Source: Takakia lepidozioides (taxonomy: Eukaryota > Plantae > Bryophyta). From it: a stretch of DNA of 64,000 bases. Under the pieces are notes generated by a model. It was not told the DNA's origin. It saw only the letters and a program-made list of their open reading frames with translations, and did not search any database. The stretch spans positions 29,574,001 to 29,638,000 of the forward strand of contig CM060733.1 in assembly GCA_030704615.1 (NCBI GenBank), written 5' to 3'. The stretch's first letter is position 1. The number at the start of each line of letters is the position of its first letter. Position numbers and translations under genes: made by a program. Shown piece after piece: positions 49,301 to 61,557 of this stretch.

Positions 49301-52300
49301 TGAACAGCAAAGAGAAGCAGAGAGGAAAGGGAGAGTGCAATAGCCCGTTGTGTGGGCAACATGAAGACAGTATTCATTTTCTGATACACTGTCCGGGGTT
49401 CTCTCACCAAAGAAACGCTCTCTTCAAATCTATCAAGGGAATTGTGCCTGTACCCCTGTTTACTAACTTTGAAAGTCTCGAGGCTGAGCCAAAAGCCCAG
49501 GCCCTTCTGAGGCCTAGTTTTTGGGCAAATCACACACATCAGATTGATGCTTGTGTGAAGGGATTTCTAGAGGATATGGAAAACCCGGATTAATTCCATA
49601 TATGAAGGTAAGTCTTACTACCAACGTCAGCCCCTGACAGAGGTAGGTTCTGTCCCTTTTGTTTCCGCTCAAACTGGGCGCGGGGTCAATGGCCACAAGG
49701 CTACGGCAAACAACGTCTTATGAGTACATTCTATGACATAAAACTAAAATATCAGGCCAGTTTTATTCAGTGGTCCATAAAACTCTCCCGGGAGGGTGGC
49801 GTTACTCAATGGGACGTGCCCCTCAAGGGTGATGGTCCAACACTCTATGAGTTGATCCACAGAGCCAGCATAAGATTTGCAGAGAGCTTGTTGTCTACTC
49901 TGCACATCTTTGACCTGGAGCTTGAAGCAAGAGAGTTGATCCTTCAGCCCCATCACAAGGGAACAGCTGTTGAATTTTGTCATGGTAAGCGAGACAAGTA
50001 CTCCTTAGACCGCTTGCTCCAGTCTTGTGGCCATAAACCCACCCCCAGGCAGAATGCTGTTGACAAAGATGCAAAGGAGGAAGAACACAACTTTCCAACA
50101 TTATAAGGCAGAGATCAACCCCAACCTGTATCAATGCGGGAGAGGGTGAAGTCAATGAGAGACACAGAGAGGCCAAAAGTTTTTACACGTATATCGTGGC
50201 CATGCAACCGGTATAGCACAGTCTCTTGCTTCTCTCGGGCCAGCACAATGTTACCCCTGCATCCAGTCCCTTCAGCATCAGTACAGTAGTAGCTGGCTAC
50301 TTTAATATTTTCAAGTAGAGGAGATTAAAACAAGCATTTAAATTAAAACTCAAAAATTGATCCCTCATCTTCGATGGAAGTTGGTTCTTCCCAAGTCAGC
50401 ATTTGTAAGGCACCAAAACTGAACAGGACTTCTGAGGTATGCTAAGCATGGAATCCATCCATGGGGTCCAACTTGGTCAAGACCACCCATGTCACCATGA
50501 GCCCTTCGTATAATATAATAGGGACTAGGAGAATGACCCTTTTCACTGCAAAACAGACATAAAGGCAGGATAGAAATTGAACCAGTGCAAGTCCCGATGC
50601 TCAAATTCACAGGCCTCTTCTGCAACTGCCAGCGCCAGTACAACCTGCATCCATGTATATGGGCATGCAAAAATCTCCAGGATAATGTGATCATGATTGC
50701 TATGACACATCTGTGAATACTCTTTGCATAATGATGTGAAAATATTGGGAAAATATCAGTATCAGTGTTATTTTTTAATCTCTAGGTGAGAGGAGTCTGT
50801 TCATTATCAGTGAAACTTCCGCTGCTGTATGGAACAGGCAGTTTACCTGAAGCAGGACAGTGCAAGCTTCATTGAAATCAGCCAGCACAAACCCCTCCAA
50901 ATCTTTTCCACCATCTGACAACACAAAAACGACATACAACTGCTTGCCCTACCTCTTCATCAGTTTGTCATCCAACTCGTCAAGGTAGTGGCATCAGAAA
51001 GCTGGTTATCTCTCTGGGGTTTCAAGAACAGCAGAGCAATGAATTTGGTTCATAGAGATCTTTGTGATTTCGAGGGCACACCCAGGGGACAAAAGACAGA
51101 CCTGCTACTAAAGAGAGAAGATACACAGACCTGTTGATCTGGAAAGATCATGGGGTGATCATTCTCTGAAGTGTGAGCTGCATCCCAGTCCTCCCATGCA
51201 CGAACCAAGTTAGGATCGTAGCAGCCCTGACAAATGCGTGTGCTGCCACACATCAGGTCCCCGCCCCACCCCGCCCCGGCCACCCCTTTGTAAGCAACCT
51301 TCATCCCTAATCCTCAGTCTCTGGCCTTTTTTAAGTTGTGTCCTTTTACCCACACACAGCCAACTTAATAAAATCAAATGGAAGTTATTTTCCACTTACG
51401 CTTTGGTCTCGATGAAGTTGGTGCATATGTTGGTGGCGGTGGCTGGGCTACCACGCAGTTTGTTCAGCGCATTGGAGAGCAGCACTTCACTGTACATGTC
51501 ATCTGATGTCTGTAGCCATCCATAAGATTCAAGGGTGACCCAAGTGAAACATTTTTAGACATTGAAAATTCAAAGACAAGAGAAACAAACCATTTTCTGG
51601 TAAGCATCTGATTACTACCTTCTGAATTTCACCATTGACTTGGAAATTGCCGTCCATGGGGACAATCTTGAAAACATTGCCACCTGCTTTGAAAGCCTCT
51701 CCAAATGTGCCTTCCCCCAACTTGACAACTTCACTCATGTCACTGCCCCACAAATCACCAGCAAAGAAAACAATGTAAGGCAAGTTATTAGCTGCTTCAA
51801 AATTGCACACTTTGACTGAAATAAGTGACATGTTTAGCTTCCATTACGCTAGCTTGAGCACCTAGGTCTGTGACACAACAGTTAAGAAGTATCTCCAGGA
51901 GCAAAGGGGTGGTGGAGCATTTGCAGGCTTTCTTGGCCTGGAAGCAGTAGCCAACTAGTGGATATTGTTCCAGCTGCCGAACAGCTAATCCTTGTACATC
52001 TCATAGACAAATAATCATAGAGATGAGCTCAAGCAGCCACACGTACAAACCAGAAGTGGGAAAGGGCCTCTCTCAAAGTCAGCACCCGTGTCTGGCCACA
52101 TTCTTGAAGAAGTGAATGGAAAACAGAGAGCAGTTCCTGTCCCAAATGTACCAATGGCTGCTCCTCTTTGTCTATATCTGCCAACTTCACTCACGCCCAC
52201 ATAGCAATTTCTTTGTCACAATGCAGTTCAGTTTTGGCCACATAAATTTGTTAATTATCTCAGACAGGAGAGAATTAACTCAAAGACCAAGCACCTTGGC

Positions 52301-54877
52301 TTTGGCCACTGACTGGCATCCCTGCTACACATTGGAGACTTTTATGTTCTTAAAACCTTGAGATGCCTTCAGACAGCTTGCTGAGGTCACAGATCACAAT
52401 ATCCTTCAACATCAATCAGAGAACAAATTCTAGATCCCAAATGTGTGAAGGTATGAGTTTGGTTTGTCTCTTTTCAGAGAGTACGAAGGTCCACGACACA
52501 TATGAGCAGATACCTTTGTAAACCCCTTAACTTACCTGGCATCCTTCATGATCTTGATCCAAGATTGTACCATGTGGGCTTGATTCCCGTGCCTCCTCCA
52601 GTATCGGTGCACAGAGCTCAATCCTGCTGAAGTGCACTGGGAACTCTTCTTCCCTGATTTGAAGTGCATCTAACCCACTAATCAAAGAGCCTGTGTCCAA
52701 AAACAAGTTCTCTCCAATTGTCTGGTTGCTAAAACTTTCTGGAACATCACTGAGTTTGCTGAAGAGAGAAACCCTTGGTTCCCATGATCGGCCATCCAAG
52801 GTTGCTTTACTTCCCCTAGGCACTGGTGTGTACATATGCGAAGACATCTGGATGACGGCATTCTTGACCTTTCGCACCAATGAAGGAGTCAGAAGGGCAG
52901 CAGTTAAGGGATCAATAGCTAATCCTTGAGTGATCTCTGAGGAAGTATTCTCTGGTACAGCTTCAAGTCGGGCATTCCATGGTCGGAACTTGCCATGATG
53001 ATCTTGAGCCAAAAACATTTCAGAGGATTCCTCCACCTGAGGCCTCTTAAAAAAGGATTTAATTGGGCTCTCTTCCTTCAGAGCGAAGGCATCAATCTCC
53101 GCAAAAATAGCTCGTTGCTCTTGCACAAGTGCAGTTGGAACATCTGCCCATGTCGTCTGGCATTTCTGTCATGGGAATGGCAAACATTTGCATGCAACAA
53201 GATCAGATGATGGACTAACAGTAGATTGACAATAACAGTTTCTTTTCAGGGGCTTTTCAGTGACTGCAAATTAGAACAACACTTCTATGTGTTCCCCCAT
53301 AATAGTCCCGACAAGCGCCTAACTTGTTCAGTCGCAGTGAAATCTCCACAAAGATTTCCTGACAATTGTCGAAGGTGTCAGAATACTGACGTGCATGCAA
53401 CACGAGCAGAAACCAAATGCAAGATAGACTTCAACTCTGGGTGTCAAGCTTTCCAAGGACAGGACTGGACTACCTTAGCACCATATTGTTGGAAGCTGGA
53501 GTAACAATAGTGGTGTGCACTACAGGGGCCCAAGGACATGGGAGCTACAAAGCCTGGTGGGAACAGCAGGTTGTCCATATGCATGTTTGTATCTTTGCAG
53601 ACTAAGCTACAAGTTGCACAGAATTGCAGGGTATGGTCTGTTGTATGGGCTATTGGAGATGAAAAGCACAATAAGAGACTTACAACACGTGGAGCCACCG
53701 TGACACCTTTATCACCAAAAATGAATCCTTGGTGGTGGCCAATTTGTTTTCCACAGGCTGGGGATAAAATGCTACTCCGTCTTCCCCTGCATACATGAAT
53801 GCAAGTACGGTTTTTCAGCCACTGTGTTCTAAGCTAATACTGGTAGCAAAACGAATCTGGAAAAATGAATATCCTCCAAGTGCTTCCTCTAAGTGATGAG
53901 ACCGATAGCAATCAGCCAAAGAGTAGCAGGACACAAACCTGGATGAAAGGGACCTGTCGATCCAACTTCTGTGGTCCTTCGTTGGACAACATCCTCCCCT
54001 ATCAAGCCTGCAGATGCAGTTGCAACTGAAAAGAATGTCTATGATTGTTGCAAGCATACTCTCTGTGCTACATTTTCCTCTCTTTTTCCTGACTTTCAGT
54101 GTGCTGGCTGTTGGTGTTTTGTATCCTCTAGTCACCTACTTTCTTTCCAGCCATATGGTCTCAGAAAATAGTGCTCTACACTTGTAGTCACATCACATTG
54201 TTGTTCTTTCCCACACACAAAACATACATTCTGACTTCATATAAGCCTAAGAAACTGTAGCCAATTTGCCATTTCCTTATCATTTCATACCACATCTGAG
54301 ACAGACAAACATCAAAAACTGGAATTGAGAGTTACGACAACATATGGTTTGACTCACTCATTATCCCCATTTACACGTGTGGAGGCTGTATGCTGAACCA
54401 GGAGAAGGGGGTCCAATTGCTTTGGACGGCGCTTGTAAACCACCGTAATTTTCTTGGCTTCTGGGCTGGTGAAGTCACCTGCATTGAAAAGATTCTTCAA
54501 TAAACAGTCATGGAGCTGCAAGGGGCTTCCAACGTCACTGTCCAGCTGAAGCTATGAAAGATCGACCAAACTATACATTCCAACATGATCACAGCATAGG
54601 CAATGTTGCAAACCGACAAGTACGCAGACAAGAAGACTGGATAACAGAAACATAGATTTTAGGGGTGACGTCTACACCCATGTCCCACTCAAGCATCTCG
54701 TTTTGTTAGATCAGTGTATCATGTGATATTCTGCTTATCATTGTATCGAGTAAATCATATTCTGTGATGCAACATCTTACTGACACACACAAAGAGACGT
54801 CAGCCTGGCCTGCAGATTCCATGGCAGAGAATTTTACCAAATTCGGACATATCAGCGACAGAGCCCCGACGATCCAT
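43364..54877 (-). CDS. HASPIN: Haspin (histone H3 Thr3) kinase, multi-exon
   Basis: Exons read MDRRGSVADMSEFG|DFTSPEAKKITVVYKRR, SWIDRSLSSR, FAEIDAFALKEESP, LLQECGQ, KLGEGTFGEAF...KIVPMDG, WEDWDAAHTSENDHP, YVVFVLSDGGKDLE, EFEHRDLHW|GNIVL, IDFTLSRI, LFEGQKGDIQ|ADTYRQM, FPKTNCLWIHYLADILL, and end ...FFDFMRNDCL* at 43364. The start codon is inferred. Confidence 0.9.
44901..49731 (+). mobile_element. Near full-length non-LTR retrotransposon (APE endonuclease + RT + C-terminal Cys/His motif; RTE/RTEX-like), frameshifted, antisense in Haspin intron 50125-44617
   Basis: APE motifs (GQETW, GVGF, GCVYMP, LGDF, IVDYII, SDH). RT motifs (KAGGPDGI, NYRGITLL, QAGFRRNRGCMDHIF, GVAQGCTLSPLLF, MFADD). C-terminal C..PLCGQHEDSIHFLIHC. 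TSD TATAACATAAAACT (44887-44900) / TATGACATAAAACT (49732-49745). Confidence 0.93.
45687..46090 (+). repeat. Three tandem 141-bp (47-codon) repeats in the LINE N-terminal coding region
   Basis: Units start at 45687, 45828 and 45969. Each encodes GQS..KC.EP.R.V.EGFGTLNGLPILKVYTRRA.S.HG. Confidence 0.92.
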
Positions 54878-55929
54878 CGCCTTTCCGCTTCAGATGTGCC
54901 ACATGATCTTGTTCAAGCTGGCATCCCAAGAAAAACAACCATAAATTCAAATTATCAAAAGACGGGACATGTGAGGAGCAATTCATCTGAGTTACTGCAT
55001 TGCAGCCTACAGATTCGATCAGAGAAGAGAAGGCCAACGTAGGGACTGTGAGAAATTGCTCTGAGAAACACAGGTGCGACTGTTCCCCTGTTCCCGCGCT
55101 TCTTTTTCAAAGAGACGGAAACTGAGGACGAGGCTCGGATTAGGTTCGGGTGAGGTCCGGCTCTGAAAGCAGGCAAGGATATGTATCTTGGACAACCGAG
55201 CCTATTGGCGTAGGTTCGATAGAAGTGACTCCATCCCCTAGGGTTAGGGTTTACCCCTTGGCTTACGATTTCTGTCGTTGCGTTAAAACCTACGGGTTTT
55301 TTCTCTTTGTATTTTCAGGGAGCTTACCTGACGGAATGTCACGTCAACAGTGGGCGGGGGATATTACGCGGGCCCGGGGATCTTATACGTAATTTCCTGT
55401 GGGTTATTACGCGTAATGTCCCGTGGGAGATTATGCACGCCATCTTTCCCTTACAATGTTAGATGCCCCAATCTGAGCCGTCCACAGCGAAAAGAAACCC
55501 TATGTCTTTACGCAGCGTAAGTCCCCCACCCTGGGGCTGGTACCTTGGTATTCGTGTCGTGACCTGGGGCGCAGCCACTCCCATCACACCGCAGTACACC
55601 CTCGGGTGGGGGACTTAGGGCCAACTTCCATGTCTCAGCCAGATCGGCCAAGTTAGCCAAAGTTGACCGACGTCGGTGGAGCATGGCCGACTGATGGGAT
55701 GGATGGTTGCTTATATGTGCATAGGGTTCAAGAGGAATCGGGCAGTAGGTCTGCCTCGTTGTCCAAGGCCCAGACCAATTGAGCCAGTCAAAGGGTGGGT
55801 CCCGCAGGCAAAGCGTGGGGTGGCAAGCAATGTGCACAAAGGTGACCTTCACAACAGGTAAAAGAGACACGGTAACCTAGTACAATAGGTCAAAAGTGAT
55901 TACCAATATCGGCGCCTCTCATTTTACAA

Positions 55930-58061
55930 TGTTATGGCGACGCGCGAGCTGACCAATGGGCCCCGCGCACGGACGCCCGGCTCCCCCCACCCCCCCTCCC
56001 CGCCGCTGCGCGCGGTCGCCCAGCCGCGCCCGCTGCTGTCGCGGCCCCGCCCGCGCTCTGCCGCGCCTCCGGTCCGCCGCGGCCAGTCCGCCCGCTAGTC
56101 CGCTTCCCATGAGTCCAGTTCCCCTCAGTCCGCCAAACCGCTAGTCTGTCGGCCAGTCCGCTGTGCACGCCAGTCCGTTGTGCCAGTCCCCGCAAGTCCA
56201 CCCAATAGTCCGATGTGCCTGTCTACTGCCTCCCAGTCTGCCAGTCTGTCAGTCGCGCCGGCCCATAGACCAAGGGCGAGGACCCAATGGTGAAGAACTG
56301 TGTTATTGTTGTAACCAGGCAGGACATCGCAAAGCAGCCTGTCCATTCTGGATCAGACACCAGAATGAGATGAGAGCTCCTGTGAATGAAGGCCCAGTAG
56401 TGGTAGCTCACATGGTTATGCCATGTTTTGTACAAGAAGTAAGTACAATGATAGTTACCAGAAGCAAAACAAAACTATTACCTCCAGTGGATGAGGAAGA
56501 AGATGTTAATGAAGATGGCAGTGATGTGCCTGAAGATTATGAGGCATGGAGAGATGAGAAGGAACTGCACAAAGAAGTGGCTGATACCATAAGAGAAATG
56601 CAAAAGGATACTGATATCCCTATGGCAGATTCTTCTGACTCTGAAAGAGAAGATGAAGAAAGTGAAGATGAGTGAAGCAAGAGGCTTCACAGGTACAGGA
56701 TAATGAAGGGGCTTTGGCTGAAGTAATATGCCAGTCCAAAGCGGAGATTACAATTGGGCAGCTATTGGCTGTGGCACCCCATTCTAGACACAGGCTGTAT
56801 CAAGCAATCAATCAGATTGCTCATGTGACAGAGAATACAGACCTGAACAGCAAATTGACAAGTTATAATGTGAAACCTGAAGGGCCAGAAACTGTCATGG
56901 ACTTTGATGATTCCATGCCAATAATCCAATTGAGAATTGGAAGCACAGACCTAACTGATGTACTGATAGATGGAGGCTCGGGAGTGAATATCATGACAGA
57001 CCAATTAAGGCAGAAGTTTGGTCTGAGTAACATGGAACCAGCCCCATTCATAGTAATAATGGCAGATCAAAGGAGTGTACAGCCATTGGGCTTGATAAGA
57101 GGAGTAAAGATACAGATTCAGAAGATGATCTTTAAGATCACAGTGACTGTGTTGAAAATGGATGATGTCATGGAAGCTTACTCATTATTGCCGGGTCGAC
57201 CATGGCTGAAACAGGCCAGGGTAATCCATGACTGGAATTCCCAGTTATTGACTGTGCATGATAGGAAGCACAAGATACAAATCACCACTAAGAAATCTAG
57301 TAGACTACTTGCTACCAGAAGACCTCGAGGAGTCAAAGAGTATGACTGGAGGAGAGGACTTGATAAAGAGCAGGAGGCTACTCTGTTTGCTGCACACCCA
57401 GAGTGGGAGCAGATTGCAGAAATGCAACTTGGAGAACTAAGTTGTTTCAAGGGTATATGTTGTGGTGCAGTAACAGCAACACCAATTGAGGGGAAAACAA
57501 GCAGTTATCCACCACATTTCTATGAAGAAAAAAAGGGAGAAATAGAAATCCTAGAGAAACCAGCCACTGTGAGTTTACAGGATGAAGTAGTGGCTGGATA
57601 GACAATCACAGCTCAAGAGCAGGTGAGAGAAGTCAATGTGGGAACTGAGGAGGAACCAAAAATGGTGAAAGTTGGGGCTGACTTGGAGCCTGAATTCTTT
57701 GAGGAAGCTAAGAGCTTATTTATCAAATACAAAGATGTATTTGTCTGGAGCTATAAAGACCTGAAGGGGATACCCCCTGAAATATGCCAGCACAAGATTG
57801 AGTTGGAACCAGGTTCTGTACCAATCAAACAGGCAAGATACAGGATGAATCCCAACTATGCACAGAAGGTTGGAGATAATGAAGCTGGCTGAGGCTAAGT
57901 TAATATACCCGATAGAGTATACAACTTGGCTATCACCCATCGTGATAGTTCCCAAGAAGAATGATGCCTCAGGAGAAGCATTGGGGGCTGTGTTAGCCCA
58001 AAATATCACAGGAAACATAGATTCACCTGTGTATTATGTTAGCAGACTACACCCCAAATAA
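55930..58061 (+). mobile_element. Deleted Ty3/Gypsy (Tat-like) retrotransposon remnant
   Basis: CCHC knuckle CYCCNQAGHRKAAC, VTRSK, protease VLIDGGSGVNIM and RT start KYKDVFVWSYKDLKGI...QHKIEL...WLSPIVIVPKK. This is joined directly to RNase H DASGEALGAVLAQ. The GC-rich 5' end carries many AGTC(C/T) repeats (56080-56255). Confidence 0.85.
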
Positions 58062-59084
58062 TTGCCCACCGTCACCTGATAGGCCCTGTCGTGCAAAACA
58101 GAGTTGGTGGCTATTTATTTGCATGCCAAAACTTTGATTTTTCAGTCTTCTTCACATGAAGTGCAGGCGATTCCACCTTTGCATCGTGATCAGGCCCCGA
58201 AGCCACATGACGCATTGTTTTGCCATTCCTTTTCGTGGGATGCGAAGTATCGTCTGGAGCAGGCACCATAGCAGCAACACCACCAAGAGTCGCCACCACA
58301 GATCGGTGCAGACGAAAGCCGACGTCCTCCAACTTGCCAATCTCCAGTGATGTTAGGGAGGTTCCCACCCGCACTGGCCAAATGGTGGGTGGGGGAGGCT
58401 TAGCAATGCAGGAGTCGCGGACAGTGCCATTCACATAGCGAGCCATATCGTCAGGGCAGAACCAGAATTTGTGCGTCTTTGATTCCTTCGACATATATGG
58501 CCGAATCAAACCTGTGAACGTCGGAGCTGGAGTACCCGCTGAGCCTTTGGCTATCCTGGACTTACACTTTTCATAACTAATGGCCCTCACTGCCGCGCAA
58601 CCAACTCTAGACCCTGGAGTAGTCCGCTCGATGTGCCATTCGGAGTCAGCACAAGGTGACTCCTGCACCGCCCCCCTGCGGTCCTCCTGGAAACCCGCAA
58701 TTACAGGGGTTGAAGGCAAAGGACATGGCTTTGTGGAAGAGGATGCACCAGCAGCCTGTTTCCTACTCGACGCCATAGTTTGTAGTGAAGACATCTTGAG
58801 TACAGAGAAGTTGTTTCTGTCATGCTGATGTGAATCCCCATCCTTGTTGCTGAACCAAAACGTCCAATATCCACAACGATGCAAACTTGAAATTCCAAAG
58901 GAGCGTTTGTGTGGGGCATCTGAGATGTGTGAATGGAAGTTGCCTGCGTTTCACGAAGAGCGGTGCTAAAAATGAGAGTGAGTGGGAAGGACTCTCCGAC
59001 AATCCTTTCATCCCAGGTTGTGCCCCACCGTCTGCAGTACATTTGTTTGTAAGTTCTGCAAGGTGGCCCCCTCCTGCATTACAC

Positions 59085-59415
59085 ATAGGCCACTACGGGT
59101 CTTGTTGGACTCGGGAGCACAGCCATTGATGTTGGGAAGAGCAGCAATTGCAGGCTTGGGCCTTACAGAAGCGGATTTGGAGCCTTGCCCTTTCCAAATT
59201 CAAACATCTTTGGGCAGTTCAGAGAAGGCACGAGGGATTACACGTCATGAGCTCTTCATTCGATTGCAGCCGGATCATCCTACGGACGGCTCAGTCATGA
59301 GAGCTAAAGCCATTGTTACGGACGCGATGTCTTATGATGTGCTTGTTGGTGGGGCGGTGTTATACCCCATGGGATTCACTCTGGACTTTTGGGAGGAAAC
59401 GACATCCTACATGCC
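59085..59415 (+). mobile_element. Retropepsin fragment from a second Gypsy family
   Basis: RVLLDSGAQPLMLG...SYDVLVGGAVLYPMGFTLDFW. Confidence 0.7.
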
Positions 59416-60058
59416 GGAATGGCAGTGCCTCTCCAGGAAACTTTTGATGGCAGCCAGCGCTATGGCAGATGGTTTGGCTGAAGGGGACTTTGCAAACTCC
59501 TCCGCGACAAGCCCACGCACCAACTCCACACTATCTCTGCAATCGCCTTGAGACACATGATGGTCGTGAGTCCCAAAATGGTTGTAGGCTCGAGTCATGG
59601 TTTGCAACGGTGAGTAACGTAGTACATGCGAGCAGGGATGTCTATTCCACTGGACTTAGTCCTTGGAAAAACACACGAAGAGGTGCATCAGAAGAGATCT
59701 GCAGGCAGAGCATATGAGGCTCTGCTTCATGTATAAGAATGTGACTACAATTCCTTGCAAGAGACCTGTGAGACCCCCAGCAGAAGTTGGTGGATTCAGT
59801 TCAAAGAGGATGTCACCGTCGAAGGAAGGTGGAAGGAATTAAACCCTTTTGGTTGGGAATGAATCCCACAGTATCCATGCGATCTCGTTTTTGGATCCTA
59901 GTTTTTCTGACAATGCTTTAAGATGTGGGATGACGCTAACGATTTCCTGAACATCGACATCCCTTCAGGAAGACGGTTCAGGGGAGCCGGTATTTCCGCG
60001 AATTCGTCATCCGAGGAATCCGACAGTGTGACAAAAGTTGTTGAAGTGGTGTCCTCCT

Positions 60059-60097
<39 letters not shown>

Positions 60098-61557
60098 CTC
60101 CGGCCGAGGCCGGCGTAACTAAGAGCCACTTCACCTTGCGGTTACTGCCCCCTTTCGGGGGTGGGCCCTATAACAAAAAAAATGTCCAGGGGGACACCAG
60201 GTGACCGCTAAGAATAGAGGGGGCGAGGGTACCCCTGGGTACCCAAGGGTATCCTGGGGGGCCTAAGGTGCGTTTGAAGTGTCGGATTCCAGTTGGCGTT
60301 TGTTGGTGATAATAGCTGTGAGTGAACGGAGTGCCGTGAGATGGATCTCTTTGAAACATTTGTGGATGGGAAGAATGGGAATTTGGAAGGTATCGTGTAT
60401 GTCCGTGATACTGGCGTTATGAATGCCACCTCAAGTGCCGGCTGTGATGACAGTTAACGGCCGATTTTTCAGCCACGCCTTCAGAGTGCAAGGATAAGCG
60501 GGGCATATTTTTGACGTTTTTCTAAGATTGAATCGTTTGGATAACGATCATGGCAAAATGTGAATTCAATGAAATGGATGGTGAGTTGTGGGGATGGTGA
60601 GGTGGGGGGTAAAGTGTTGATAGGTAGACCTTGGACGAGGAGTATGTCCGGGCAAAGTCGAGCGGGGCATGAGCATGGTGATCGGGTACATATGCATGGT
60701 AGTAGCCCGGTGGTACTGTGTGGTCGGGTGGCCGTCCCTGGTAGGTGCCTGCATTCATGAGCGAGAACCAACGGGTTTCAGCACATTTTAGAAAGAGCTT
60801 GTGGAGGTGCCAGACTGCCTGGTTATGACGCGTGATATGCAAGCCATGTATAACTGGGTGTGTACATTGGCTGAGGAGATGTGGCCAAGTGTCACGAGCT
60901 TGGTGGGTGGTTGCACATAACGGGAAGTATGGGGATGTGAACAGATGTGGCCAGAAGATGTGTTTGCGCTAGTGGCCCATGTATTGGGCATATCGGAATT
61001 TGAGTGTTTGTCGGATTTGTGCGTCGGTGGTGGCTTTGGTTAGCCAGAAATGATTGGAGAGTTTATGGTGCAATACATTGGATTGAGTCCATTTTTGGAT
61101 GTGTACTTTGGTATGGCTGATGAAGGCTGCCGCTTGTTTATTTGCTTCTCTGGTCAGAGTGGTCAAGAGGTTTCGGATTGGTCTGGGTGCAGGGGGGTCC
61201 GGAACGGGGTGTATGAACCAGAAGGGATGGGTGTGGGCGATGTGAATAGGGTCGTTCGAGGGTTCAACTATGGGTTGGGAGGCACCGAGTTGGGCGAGTA
61301 GGTCTGCTTCTTCATTACCATGGACGCCAGTATGCGAACGGACTTTGAGTATATGGACTGGGTGGCCTAGGGAGATGGCCCTCTGGACAATAGCGGCAAT
61401 GAGGTTGCGGTCGGGGTGATGATGATGGGCAGAGGGGTGGGAGATGTGGTTGCGAATGAGGAATAGTGAGGTAAGGCTGTCGGTGAAGATATAGTGTGGG
61501 GGGGGGAAGGTGTCAAGTAGAGAGAGGGCGTCATAAATGGCCATGAGTTCAGCCCGG
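60059..61557 (-). mobile_element. 5'-truncated non-LTR retrotransposon with RNase H, a Cys/His motif and a C-terminal restriction-like endonuclease (Dualen/RandI-like), with a (TC)n tail
   Basis: RNase H AELMAI...IFTDSL...KVRSHTGVHGNEEAD; DTWPHLLSQC...RHNQAV; RLE PDILLV...IEFTFCHD...KRQKYAPL; C-terminus ITAGT*GGIH...IITNKRQLE. 11-bp TSD GGTGTCCTCCT at 60048-60058 and 61558-61568. (GA)16 at 60061 is the 3' (TC)n tail. Confidence 0.82.

Noticed and set aside
55451-55930. Solo LTR bounded by repeated TTACAATGTTA
   Set aside because: No consistent TG...CA ends with a matching 5-bp TSD could be defined.
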